From: a virus | Taxonomy: Duplodnaviria; Caudoviricetes | DNA length: 64,000 nt | Strand: one strand, 5' to 3' | IMG/VR virus record: IMGVR_UViG_3300005805_000074 | Span: 1-64,000 of that record | Part shown: in pieces, positions 55,937 through 64,000 of the stretch | Position numbering within the stretch: the stretch's first letter is position 1 | How the letters are laid out: every line of letters starts with the position of its first letter | Notes under the pieces: model-generated | The model's database searches: none | Seen by the model: only the letters and a program-made list of their open reading frames with translations | What the model was told of the DNA's origin: nothing | Program-made: the position numbers and the translations under genes

Positions 55937-56391
55937 AACCCCGCCACCCCAGAAGCTAATGTAGCAGCTTGACTTGTAATTTCTCGAATCATTGTAGTGA
56001 TTTCTTGTATTCTTTTTACAATTAGTTGATAATCCGCTAAAGGAAACTGAGTAATTGTATTTAATGTTTCGATACTGTATTTATCGAATATAAGAATTTC
56101 CATCGCACCCTGACGTGCCCACTTTTCAATCATTGCAAATCTTGCTGTTTGTGGGTCGTTATTTAATAAATTTAACAGATGTTGTGGGTCGTGTTGAGCT
56201 AATACAGTTTCGAGAAATGTAATACGTTCAGGCCATTCACCCTTTTCTTTCAGATATTGTAATTCGTATAACAATTCACAAAGAACTTTTTTGTCATAAC
56301 CAATAGAAACCCATCGGACATACCTTTCTTCGTAGTCCGATGGGTTAGTGTTTACTGCCGCTAATAATGTTTCGAATGTTATTTCACTCAT
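55933..56391 (-). CDS. Hypothetical helical protein
   Basis: 152-aa intact ORF, first gene after a sigma70 promoter. Confidence 0.65.
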   Translation of the reverse strand: MSEITFETLLAAVNTNPSDYEERYVRWVSIGYDKKVLCELLYELQYLKEKGEWPERITFLETVLAQHDPQHLLNLLNNDPQTARFAMIEKWARQGAMEILIFDKYSIETLNTITQFPLADYQLIVKRIQEITTMIREITSQAATLASGVAGL

Positions 56392-56424
56392 AAAATATAA
56401 CCCCTTATTTGATAACCATTTTTA

Positions 56425-56453
56425 AATATATATTACATTATAAGACTTGTCAA
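56425..56453 (-). promoter_or_regulatory. sigma70-type promoter at the head of the glyco cluster
   Basis: Minus strand TTGACA-17 nt-TATATT. Confidence 0.75.
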
Positions 56454-56462
56454 GTCCCTATA

Positions 56463-56642
56463 TTATGCATAGTTATTTGGTGTAGTTTGTCCACCAAAAT
56501 CAATAGATAATCGAATTTGACCAGTAGTAATACCGCGTTGCGCACCTAAATTGGCACGCAACGCAACTTGACCTGACAATCCGTATGCGTTTCTCACCTT
56601 CCCCATCGCGATTTCTGAACCGGTTGCTGGAATTATACCCAT
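56463..56642 (-). CDS. Small fibre-tip/attachment-type protein (not in the supplied ORF track)
   Basis: 59-aa ORF MGIIPATGSEIAMGKVRNAYGLSGQVALRANLGAQRGITTGQIRLSIDFGGQTTPNNYA with an AGGAG SD. Directly after the S74 fibre gene. Confidence 0.7.
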   Translation of the reverse strand: MGIIPATGSEIAMGKVRNAYGLSGQVALRANLGAQRGITTGQIRLSIDFGGQTTPNNYA

Positions 56643-56660
56643 TGTCTACTCCTACCGGTA

Positions 56661-59600
56661 TTATGCGTTAGAGGTCTTTTTTATTTCATCCAGCTCAGTC
56701 TTAAGTTCCTTAATTGCTTCAATTAATAAAGGAACCAGTTTTTCATACTGAACTGTGAGGTATTCTACTCCCTGTGTATCTACTCCACCAAATACGAATG
56801 GTGCGATACGAACCACTTCAGGAAGAACTTTTTGTACTTGTTGTGCACTGACACCAACTTGACGTTCTTCCTTATTAAATCCAAACGACTTAGCCAATTC
56901 ATTTTCTGTGTAATAATATCCATTTAATAACATTACTTTATCCAACGCATTAGTAATGTTTCCAGAGAAATTCTTAAGGCGTTCATCTGAATAGTATGCG
57001 GTGATTTCACTTGCGGCGCGAATTTCACCTGTGGCGCCAGATGGATTTGTTCCCACACCCAACGAAGCGTGTGATTTTATGTCACCCAATACATCCAATC
57101 TGTAATCGGGAACCGCGGTTCCAATTCCAACTCTACCTGTACTATGTGCTATAGCGAATTGTACACCGAGACTAGTTGTAGTAGAGCCACTCATAATACG
57201 GAAAATATTTGCGTAGTTATCTATGTGAGTAGCTGTAGTATACGACCCGCCAGGTGGTTGTAATACAATTTGACCACCTTCGTTGCTTGTATCCACTGGA
57301 CCAAGACTTAAATTTGCTTCCGTTGGTGCCGCCGTAGCTCCAATTTGTAATCTCGTTCCATCAAAGTTAAAATTAGTAGTACTGGTAAGTGTAGTTGCTC
57401 CCGAGAAGTAAGCTACTTTATTTGCTGCACCACCACTGATGGTTCCTGCGCCAGAAGTACCAGAGGTTCCATTTCCTCCGTTTGCTCCAGAAGTACCAGA
57501 GGTTCCATTTCCTCCGTTTGCTCCACTCGTACCAGAACTACCATTTCCTCCGTTTGCTCCACTCGTACCAGAACTACCTGAACTACCATTAGCTCCGTTT
57601 GCACCAGAAGTTCCTGAACTACCATTTGCTCCGTTTGCTCCAGAAGTACCAGATGAACCGTTTGCTCCATTTGCACCTGAAGTTCCTGAACTACCACTTG
57701 TACCAGATGAACCTGAAGTTCCTGAACTACCATTTGCTCCATTTGCACCTGAAGTTCCTGAACTACCATTTGCTCCCGAGGTACCTGAACTACCACTTGT
57801 ACCAGATGAACCTGAAGTACCATTTGCACCAGAAGTTCCAGAACTACCAGATGAACCTGATGTTCCTGTACTACCAGATGAACCACTCGTACCAGATGAA
57901 CCTGAAGTACCCGAACTACCACTAGTACCAGAACTACCCGCCGTTCCAGAAGTTCCTGCTGTACCAGCAGTACCTGCTGGGGTTAATGCGAATGATGCGG
58001 TTCCGAAGAACCCGACTCCGTTTACAATAGAACTGGTGAATGATGATGCAGAAACAGTTCCTGCAACAGTAATTTGTGACCCATTATCTGTAATAATAGA
58101 TTCGGTTATGTGTTCAAGTCCTGCCGACTTTAATACTTTATTTTGTGTTAAAAGAGTTTCATTTCCAATACTATTAAATGTTGCTGGTCCCACCAGTAAT
58201 ACCGATGAGGTGACTCCACCTGCCGTATTTTGGTGAACGAATACCCATTGGTCATTTGTTGAATCAAATAATAGTGACCCACTTCGTTGTGGTGATGAAC
58301 CGGAGTCAATAACTGCCAATCCACCAAATCTGACACTTGGATTATCGACATTCGTGGTAATAATATTAGTTCCAATATTTAATGTGCTTTGTGACACATA
58401 ACTAATGGATGATGACCCTAGTACTGTTAAGTTACCAGTAATCGTTTGTGATCCAGACACTACACTGGTACCTACTACGGTTAATGTTGCACCGTCAAAT
58501 CGTAAATTACTTTCAACAGATGCATTTGGAGCACTACCATTTAAAGTAATTAATCCATTATCAGTAGTACCTGTGAGTGTAAGTGTTCCTGATGTTCCTG
58601 ATGAACCTGCAGAACCACTTGATCCAGAAGTTCCACTACTACCTGAGGTTCCTGTTGACCCCGATGTTCCTGATGAACCGGATGTACCTGTTGTTCCAGA
58701 ACTACCTGAGGTTCCTGAACTACCACTTGAACCAGATGTTCCATTTTGTCCTGATGTGCCAGAGCTTCCTGATGTTCCTGAACTACCACTAGTTCCTGTA
58801 GTTCCTGATGAACCGGATGTACCTGTTGTTCCAGAACTACCTGAAGTTCCTGAACTACCTGAAGTACCACTAGTTCCTGCCGAACCAGAGGTTCCTGATG
58901 ACCCAGAGGTACCTGTACTACCCGATGAACCAGAGGTTCCTGATGACCCAGAACTACCTGAAGTACCAGATGACCCACTGGTACCACTACTACCTGAAGT
59001 TCCACTTGAACCAGAAGTACCAGATGTTCCAGAAGTTGCTGCTGTATATGAAGTTCCGTTAATTAATAATGAACCTGTTATTTCTAGTGAACCTGTTCTT
59101 TGATGTACATCATCTAGACTATCACCGAATTTAGTTGAACCACTTTCGTAGATAATAGACGCAGTGACAAATTGTGTTTCAAGTCTACGAATTGACGCAG
59201 TACCATTTACCTGTATGTTACTTGCGGTTATTTGGCCAGTAACTACTAATGAATTACCATCAAAAGTTAAATTACTTTCTACTCTAGCATTAGGTGCAGT
59301 ACCATCTAATGTAATTAATCCATTATCAGTCGTACCCGTAAGTGTTAATGTACCCGATGTACCAGATGAACCAGATGTTCCTGAACTTCCGCTGGTACCA
59401 GATGAACCTGAGGTGCCTGATGAACCGGATGTTCCCGATGAACCAGAACTACCAGAAGTACCAGTACTTCCAGAACTACCACTTGTTCCAGAACTTCCAC
59501 TGGTACCAGATGAACCTGATGAACCACTTGTTCCAGACGACCCAGATGTTCCAGACGAACCCGCGGTCCCAGATGAACCAGAAGTTCCACTTGAACCGGC

Positions 59601-60170
59601 TGTACCTGATGTACCTGATGTTGCGGCCGTATATGAAGTTCCGTTAATTAATAATGAACCCGTGATTTCTAACGAACCCGTTCTTTGGTGTACGTCATCA
59701 AGTGTATCACCAAATTTAGTAGACCCACTGTCATAAAAGATAGATGAAGTTACATATTCAGTTTGAATAACATTAGCAGTAAGTGTTCCTACAACATTAA
59801 GATTTTGTGGGAATGTGAAATTACTAGCGGAGAATGTTGTCCCCGTTATTTGATTTAATTGAATTTGTGAAGATGCTGTAACCCAACCTGGGTATTGTGT
59901 TGAACTCGATACTGTTCCTACTGGTAGTAATTCTTTTACTTGACCAGAACTACTAACTACGGAATCTAAATCTAACTCAGCTTGTATTTGAGCAGAACTA
60001 CTGACCGTTCCCGTAGGTAATAAAGGTTTTACCTGTGCCGAACTACTGACTGTTCCAGTAGGTAATGAATTGGTAATTTGAACAGAACTAGAAACAACAC
60101 CACCACTTAATGCAGTTGTTGGAATACTTCCACTTCTAATCAATATACCAGTAAGTCTTGTTATCGCCAT
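56661..60170 (-). CDS. Tail/virion fibre with Gly-X-Y Ser/Thr repeats and a C-terminal S74 intramolecular chaperone
   Basis: Three (S/T/A/N)2-G repeat blocks. C-terminal YSDERLK...GVSAQ...LPEVV...YEKLVPLLIEAIKEL. Confidence 0.85.
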   Translation of the reverse strand: MAITRLTGILIRSGSIPTTALSGGVVSSSVQITNSLPTGTVSSSAQVKPLLPTGTVSSSAQIQAELDLDSVVSSSGQVKELLPVGTVSSSTQYPGWVTASSQIQLNQITGTTFSASNFTFPQNLNVVGTLTANVIQTEYVTSSIFYDSGSTKFGDTLDDVHQRTGSLEITGSLLINGTSYTAATSGTSGTAGSSGTSGSSGTAGSSGTSGSSGTSGSSGSSGTSGSSGTSGSSGSTGTSGSSGSSGTSGSSGTSGSSGTSGSSGTSGSSGTSGTLTLTGTTDNGLITLDGTAPNARVESNLTFDGNSLVVTGQITASNIQVNGTASIRRLETQFVTASIIYESGSTKFGDSLDDVHQRTGSLEITGSLLINGTSYTAATSGTSGTSGSSGTSGSSGTSGSSGTSGSSGSSGTSGSSGSTGTSGSSGTSGSAGTSGTSGSSGTSGSSGTTGTSGSSGTTGTSGSSGTSGSSGTSGQNGTSGSSGSSGTSGSSGTTGTSGSSGTSGSTGTSGSSGTSGSSGSAGSSGTSGTLTLTGTTDNGLITLNGSAPNASVESNLRFDGATLTVVGTSVVSGSQTITGNLTVLGSSSISYVSQSTLNIGTNIITTNVDNPSVRFGGLAVIDSGSSPQRSGSLLFDSTNDQWVFVHQNTAGGVTSSVLLVGPATFNSIGNETLLTQNKVLKSAGLEHITESIITDNGSQITVAGTVSASSFTSSIVNGVGFFGTASFALTPAGTAGTAGTSGTAGSSGTSGSSGTSGSSGTSGSSGSTGTSGSSGSSGTSGANGTSGSSGTSGSSGTSGANGSSGTSGANGANGSSGTSGSSGTSGSSGTSGANGANGSSGTSGANGANGSSGTSGANGANGSSGSSGTSGANGGNGSSGTSGANGGNGTSGTSGANGGNGTSGTSGAGTISGGAANKVAYFSGATTLTSTTNFNFDGTRLQIGATAAPTEANLSLGPVDTSNEGGQIVLQPPGGSYTTATHIDNYANIFRIMSGSTTTSLGVQFAIAHSTGRVGIGTAVPDYRLDVLGDIKSHASLGVGTNPSGATGEIRAASEITAYYSDERLKNFSGNITNALDKVMLLNGYYYTENELAKSFGFNKEERQVGVSAQQVQKVLPEVVRIAPFVFGGVDTQGVEYLTVQYEKLVPLLIEAIKELKTELDEIKKTSNA
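57440..59625. repeat. Three 9-bp-periodic low-complexity blocks encoding Gly-X-Y, plus a duplicated flanking module
   Basis: Plus-strand gttcctgaactacc/gatgaacc units. Protein module ...SIxYxSGSTKFGDxLDDVHQRTGSLEITGSLLINGTSYTAATSG...TLTLTGTTDNGLITL occurs twice. Confidence 0.9.
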
Positions 60171-60199
60171 TATATAATCTCTGAGAATGAGTTATCTGA

Positions 60200-60209
60200 T
60201 ATAAATATA
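60200..60209 (-). promoter_or_regulatory. Putative late-promoter motif (T)ATATTTATA
   Basis: About 30 nt upstream of the fibre gene, followed by GATAAC. Confidence 0.55.
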
Positions 60210-60241
60210 AAGAAACCTCTAATAAATCTACTTTTTACATA

Positions 60242-61354
60242 CTAACTTAGACTTAATCTAATACCCTTTACCAATATATTTGAAGAAGTTGGTGGGGTTG
60301 TAATAAAGGATAATTGTGTTCCAGTTACCGTGTAATCTTCTGTTAATGCATTTACTAAACCGTCTACCGACACCGTTAATATTGACGGACTATACGATTG
60401 TGATAATGTATAATTACTTGTTGTACCATCACCAACAAATAAGTGATTGTCTGCAACGAGATTAATGTTTACATATGACGCGGTAGTTGCGAATGACGAA
60501 GTTTCTGTATAACTTGCTGTTGAAATTATACCAAAGAAGGAACCACTAAATGATCCAGTGACTTCATTCCCGGTATTTATGAGAGCTTTAGCGAAAATAA
60601 CAGAGGACGATGGTGGAGCAGAAGTAAATTGTAAAGTAGTATTACTGAGTGTATAATCGCTTACAGAGTTATATGTTAATCCATCAACACTAACAAATAA
60701 AGAATTAATTGCGTATGAACGGTCTAATTCATAATTTGTTGTAGTTCCATCACCAATAAACTCATAATTGTCTATGTTAACTGCAAGTGGGATGTTTGTT
60801 AATCCACGACCATCACCAATAAATGACCCGGTATATGAACCAGTTAAGTTATTCTGTGCATTTAAAAGTGCATTAACTAAAATATTAGATGATGACGGTG
60901 GAGCTTCAACAAATGTTATAGACCCTGTATAATAGGTAAAATCTACATTTGGGGTAAATGTTAAACCATCTACACTAACTCTGAGATTATTTTCTATATA
61001 ACTCTGAGATAGTACATAAAGTTGTGTAGTTCCATCTCCTACGAATTTATAAACATCACTTACAACAGACGCACCAACATCAATATTTGTAAGTTGACTA
61101 CCATCACCCTTAAAATAAGAAGCAGTCACCCCTTGAGTTACATTGAGTGACCCAGTGATGACTGCATTACCTGTGAAGGGGAATCCGTTTCCTGCGGCTG
61201 TACTTAACGCAAATGAAGCGGTGGTTGCAAATGAAGAACTAATTGCGGCACTTGCTGTACCAACAAAGTTCGATGCCGTAACTGAGCCAGAGATAACATT
61301 AATACTACCAGTAGGGACTATCAGCCCCTTTCTGGCTACAAATTCATTTGCCAT
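60242..61354 (-). CDS. Structural protein with three ~65-aa beta-repeat domains
   Basis: Three copies of F.GDGTT..Y.L..SY....L.VSVDGL......D(F/Y)T......F...PP.SS.I. N-terminus MANEFVARKGL. Confidence 0.75.
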   Translation of the reverse strand: MANEFVARKGLIVPTGSINVISGSVTASNFVGTASAAISSSFATTASFALSTAAGNGFPFTGNAVITGSLNVTQGVTASYFKGDGSQLTNIDVGASVVSDVYKFVGDGTTQLYVLSQSYIENNLRVSVDGLTFTPNVDFTYYTGSITFVEAPPSSSNILVNALLNAQNNLTGSYTGSFIGDGRGLTNIPLAVNIDNYEFIGDGTTTNYELDRSYAINSLFVSVDGLTYNSVSDYTLSNTTLQFTSAPPSSSVIFAKALINTGNEVTGSFSGSFFGIISTASYTETSSFATTASYVNINLVADNHLFVGDGTTSNYTLSQSYSPSILTVSVDGLVNALTEDYTVTGTQLSFITTPPTSSNILVKGIRLSLS

Positions 61355-61416
61355 AATTCCCCTTTTTCATTATCCAAAGGTGAGAAGTTTCTATTGTAAT
61401 AACCTTTTACTTAAAC

Positions 61417-63885
61417 TTAAATTGCACGAATTGCAGTCTTTACATACCAATCATTTGATGCTGCGGTTGCCTTTAATCGTGCGGTTGCGGACACAAGGTC
61501 TACTGTAAAGGTGATATCAGTCGTGTTACCTAAATCGTTTGTAGAAGTATCGGTGAATTCTACATTCGTTGTACCTGCTTCCCAGACTGCCATCACAGTA
61601 CCTGCACGATAGTTTGAACCCTTCTTTACTACATAATCGAAGAATGCTGCGTCATAACTACCAGTTTGTACTGTTGCAACTACTTCAGCTACACCTATAT
61701 CAACATCGGTATTACTACCCGAACTGTAGAGGACACCGTGGATAACTGCTCCACCATTTAGAACAAGTTGGTCTGCGGTGGTTGCACCTTGTGAGGTAAT
61801 ATTTTGTATTCCGAACGAATAACTTGAACCAAGATTGAGTGGAACACCGTTGAAGGTAATTGCGTTAGCACTTACTTGACCACTGGTAACTGTGAAGTTT
61901 GAACTTGTGAATGATGCAACACCGACACTAGATGTAGTTGCGTTTACACCACTAATCGTAATTGTTTGACCACTGACTGTTGCTGCAACACCACTTTCAC
62001 CATCAACAGTAAGTGCTTGTGTCTTAAGTGCGACAGTACCAGTACCACCTTCTGAGCCAGTAATATTAAGATTTGTTACGATACCGGTAATATTACTACC
62101 ATCACCACTGAATCCTACAGATGAAGTTACTGAACCCGTTATATATAGTCCAGCTTCAATATGTGTCAACCGTGATGGGAAATCTATACGAATAGAACTT
62201 GATTCTGGGCGACTGTCAATGTGGTCATCACCATGCGCGACAGGAACACGGTGGTCAGTTAATCCTACTTCGTTACCTAACGCACCTGTATTTTTTGGAC
62301 CAGCGATAATAACTGCGGAATTGTAGTTTAGGTCATCTGCTTCGTATATCCAACGATTATTTAGACTGTCCCACAGAAGTGAACCAGTTCCGAAAGTAGA
62401 ACCAGAATCAATGACAGACAATCCTGCAAAGCGTACAATATCATCGTCGTTAACAATTACACGACTTGTTCCTACAACATATTGTGAAGATGTAACATAT
62501 TGGGTAGACATACTGACTGCTGTGAGTAATCCAGTAACAGTCAATGAACCAGAAATATTTACATCCTTAGCAATTCCAACACCACCTTGTACAACTAATG
62601 CACCATCAGTAAAGTTTGTACTGTTGGTAGTATTGGTAACTGTTTGAACACCAGTAAAGGTATTTGAACCAGTTGTTGCAATAGTTGCGATACCAGTAGT
62701 GTTACGAACATCAACTTGAACAGAAGATGAAACTGTATCTGCTGGAAGAAGGTCTTTAACTTGTGCACTACTTGATACAACCCCATTGGTTGCAAGAAGC
62801 GAACCAGTAATACCTTCGGTTACTTTTAACGAACCCGTGACCTGTACGCCCCCATCATTAACGATGAACTTTTGCGTCCAAGTAGTTCCGTTAAATGATG
62901 CTACATGGAAGTTTGCATCTGCATTACTTCTGTTATCGTATACGAATTCTGCGGAACCGCGTTGTGTTGATGATACGTGGTTGGTACCCCACATTTGATA
63001 GTATGCACCAAGAACACTACTACCATTCCAAAAACCAAAGAGTGTACTATCAGTATCGTCTACGATACGAATTTGACCATCGTTTGAAAGTACAATGTTT
63101 CCACTTACGATTTGGTCTGCGGTGAATATGTTTGAACCAGTAGTTGCGATTGTTGCAATACCTGTGGTATTACGAACATCGGTTTGGATGGAACTACTGA
63201 ATACATTATCAGAGTTTAACTTTTGTTTTACACCAGTAAGGAAGTGTGCAGATGATGTATCAAGTGCGAGGGATACACTTGAACCCAGTGCTACTGTACC
63301 ACCATCTTGTAAACCACTACCTGCGGTTACAGTAATAGAATCATTATCAAGACCACTATTTGGGATATTAGTGATTTGTGCACCACTACCAGAGAATGAA
63401 CCGCTGACCGAGGTTGCACTGATTGGGCCTAGTGTTTTAACACTACCAGTAATTGTTACTATATCATTAGTATCATTACCTAAGTTGGTACTACCACTAA
63501 CAGTAAGTTGGTCAAGAACAGTAATACCATCAAGACTGATATTAGTTGCTTGTACAGTATCAATATATGCCGTACCACTTACATATAAATTACGCCAAGA
63601 TTTTGGATTAGAACCAAGGTCGAATGAATTATTAACATCTGGAAGAATTGACGAACTAACTTCCGCCAGAAACTTGACTACATCAATGTCTGCATTACCG
63701 ACAGTTAGGTTTCCACCTAATGTAAGGTCGCCGGTGATACTTGCACTACCAAGTAATTGCAGGTTTGATGCGGTTACATTATATCCAGTTGCATCTATAT
63801 CACCTTGGACCAACAATGATCCAGTGACTTTTGCACCGTTATTAAGGACTATCAGGCCTTTACGGGCAATAAATTCATTTGCCAT
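61417..63885 (-). CDS. Fibre-like structural protein
   Basis: beta-rich TGS/SGS repeats, duplicated DVRNTTGIATIATTGSN, segments shared with the 56661 fibre. N-terminus MANEFIARKGL. Confidence 0.7.
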   Translation of the reverse strand: MANEFIARKGLIVLNNGAKVTGSLLVQGDIDATGYNVTASNLQLLGSASITGDLTLGGNLTVGNADIDVVKFLAEVSSSILPDVNNSFDLGSNPKSWRNLYVSGTAYIDTVQATNISLDGITVLDQLTVSGSTNLGNDTNDIVTITGSVKTLGPISATSVSGSFSGSGAQITNIPNSGLDNDSITVTAGSGLQDGGTVALGSSVSLALDTSSAHFLTGVKQKLNSDNVFSSSIQTDVRNTTGIATIATTGSNIFTADQIVSGNIVLSNDGQIRIVDDTDSTLFGFWNGSSVLGAYYQMWGTNHVSSTQRGSAEFVYDNRSNADANFHVASFNGTTWTQKFIVNDGGVQVTGSLKVTEGITGSLLATNGVVSSSAQVKDLLPADTVSSSVQVDVRNTTGIATIATTGSNTFTGVQTVTNTTNSTNFTDGALVVQGGVGIAKDVNISGSLTVTGLLTAVSMSTQYVTSSQYVVGTSRVIVNDDDIVRFAGLSVIDSGSTFGTGSLLWDSLNNRWIYEADDLNYNSAVIIAGPKNTGALGNEVGLTDHRVPVAHGDDHIDSRPESSSIRIDFPSRLTHIEAGLYITGSVTSSVGFSGDGSNITGIVTNLNITGSEGGTGTVALKTQALTVDGESGVAATVSGQTITISGVNATTSSVGVASFTSSNFTVTSGQVSANAITFNGVPLNLGSSYSFGIQNITSQGATTADQLVLNGGAVIHGVLYSSGSNTDVDIGVAEVVATVQTGSYDAAFFDYVVKKGSNYRAGTVMAVWEAGTTNVEFTDTSTNDLGNTTDITFTVDLVSATARLKATAASNDWYVKTAIRAI

Positions 63886-63912
63886 ACAGTTCTCCCATCG
63901 GGGTTATCAGTA

Positions 63913-63922
63913 TATAAATATT
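63913..63922 (-). promoter_or_regulatory. Putative late-promoter motif AATATTTATA
   Basis: About 28 nt upstream of the 63885 start, followed by GATAAC. Confidence 0.55.
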
Positions 63923-63932
63923 AAATACTTTG

Positions 63933-63998
63933 TTAAGAATTCAAATTTGGAAACAATTTAAAGAGACTTTGTACTGTCCATTGTCCACTTCCAGAACC
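63933..63998 (-). CDS. C-terminal end of an upstream gene, truncated by the window edge
   Basis: ...GSGSGQWTVQSLFKLFPNLNS-stop, resembling the W.V.. terminus of the 61417 protein. Confidence 0.5.
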   Translation of the reverse strand, partial: GSGSGQWTVQSLFKLFPNLNS

Positions 63999-64000
63999 AT

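Noticed and set aside
57440-59625. Repeat arrays as possible CRISPR, DGR or VNTR regulatory elements
   Set aside because: There is no constant repeat with unique spacers, no cas or reverse transcriptase gene, and no TR/VR pair differing at adenines. The repeats are in-frame coding sequence.
57413-59736. Long plus-strand and alternate-frame ORFs (VPELPEVP..., VVQVHL..., MFLMNH...)
   Set aside because: These are shadows of the 9-bp-periodic Gly-X-Y repeat, which lacks stops in several frames. They have no SD and the region is otherwise strictly minus-strand.
1-64000. Stop-codon reassignment, tRNAs, introns/inteins or homing endonucleases
   Set aside because: Known-family genes are intact in the standard code and use TAA, TAG and TGA as true stops. 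No cloverleaf, splice or intein motifs were recognised by eye; tRNAscan/Infernal were not run.

Overview
This window is 64 kb of a large tailed dsDNA phage genome (jumbo/T4-like myovirus architecture). Essentially every credible gene lies on the minus strand, and the ORFs read intact in the standard genetic code. In transcription order (right to left) it holds: (i) 56.4-64 kb, fibre and structural proteins, including a proline-free Gly-X-Y Ser/Thr-rich fibre with an S74 chaperone; (ii) 21.3-55.9 kb plus 14.1-16.4 kb, about 37 kb of glycan synthesis and tailoring genes (NDP-sugar SDRs, RmlC, aminotransferase, split TPP enzyme, amidino-, carbamoyl-, methyl- and sulfotransferases, APS kinase fusion, six GT10-like paralogues, seven SGNH-like domains, 2OG oxygenases, radical SAM, subtilisin); (iii) 18.5-21 kb, small Thr-tract proteins carrying cystine-knot-like motifs; (iv) 4-14 kb, baseplate, tape measure and tail chaperone, with a probable +1/-2 programmed frameshift; (v) 0-4 kb and 16.4-18.3 kb, recombination and replication genes (RecA, gp32-like SSB, compact PolA, SNF2/HARP helicase). 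Leading hypothesis (inference): the phage builds a eukaryote-like, O-glycosylated, sulfated and acylated coat on mucin-like virion proteins, started by a GT96/GT95-like protein O-glycosyltransferase. All family calls come from motif recognition by eye; no database searches were run.
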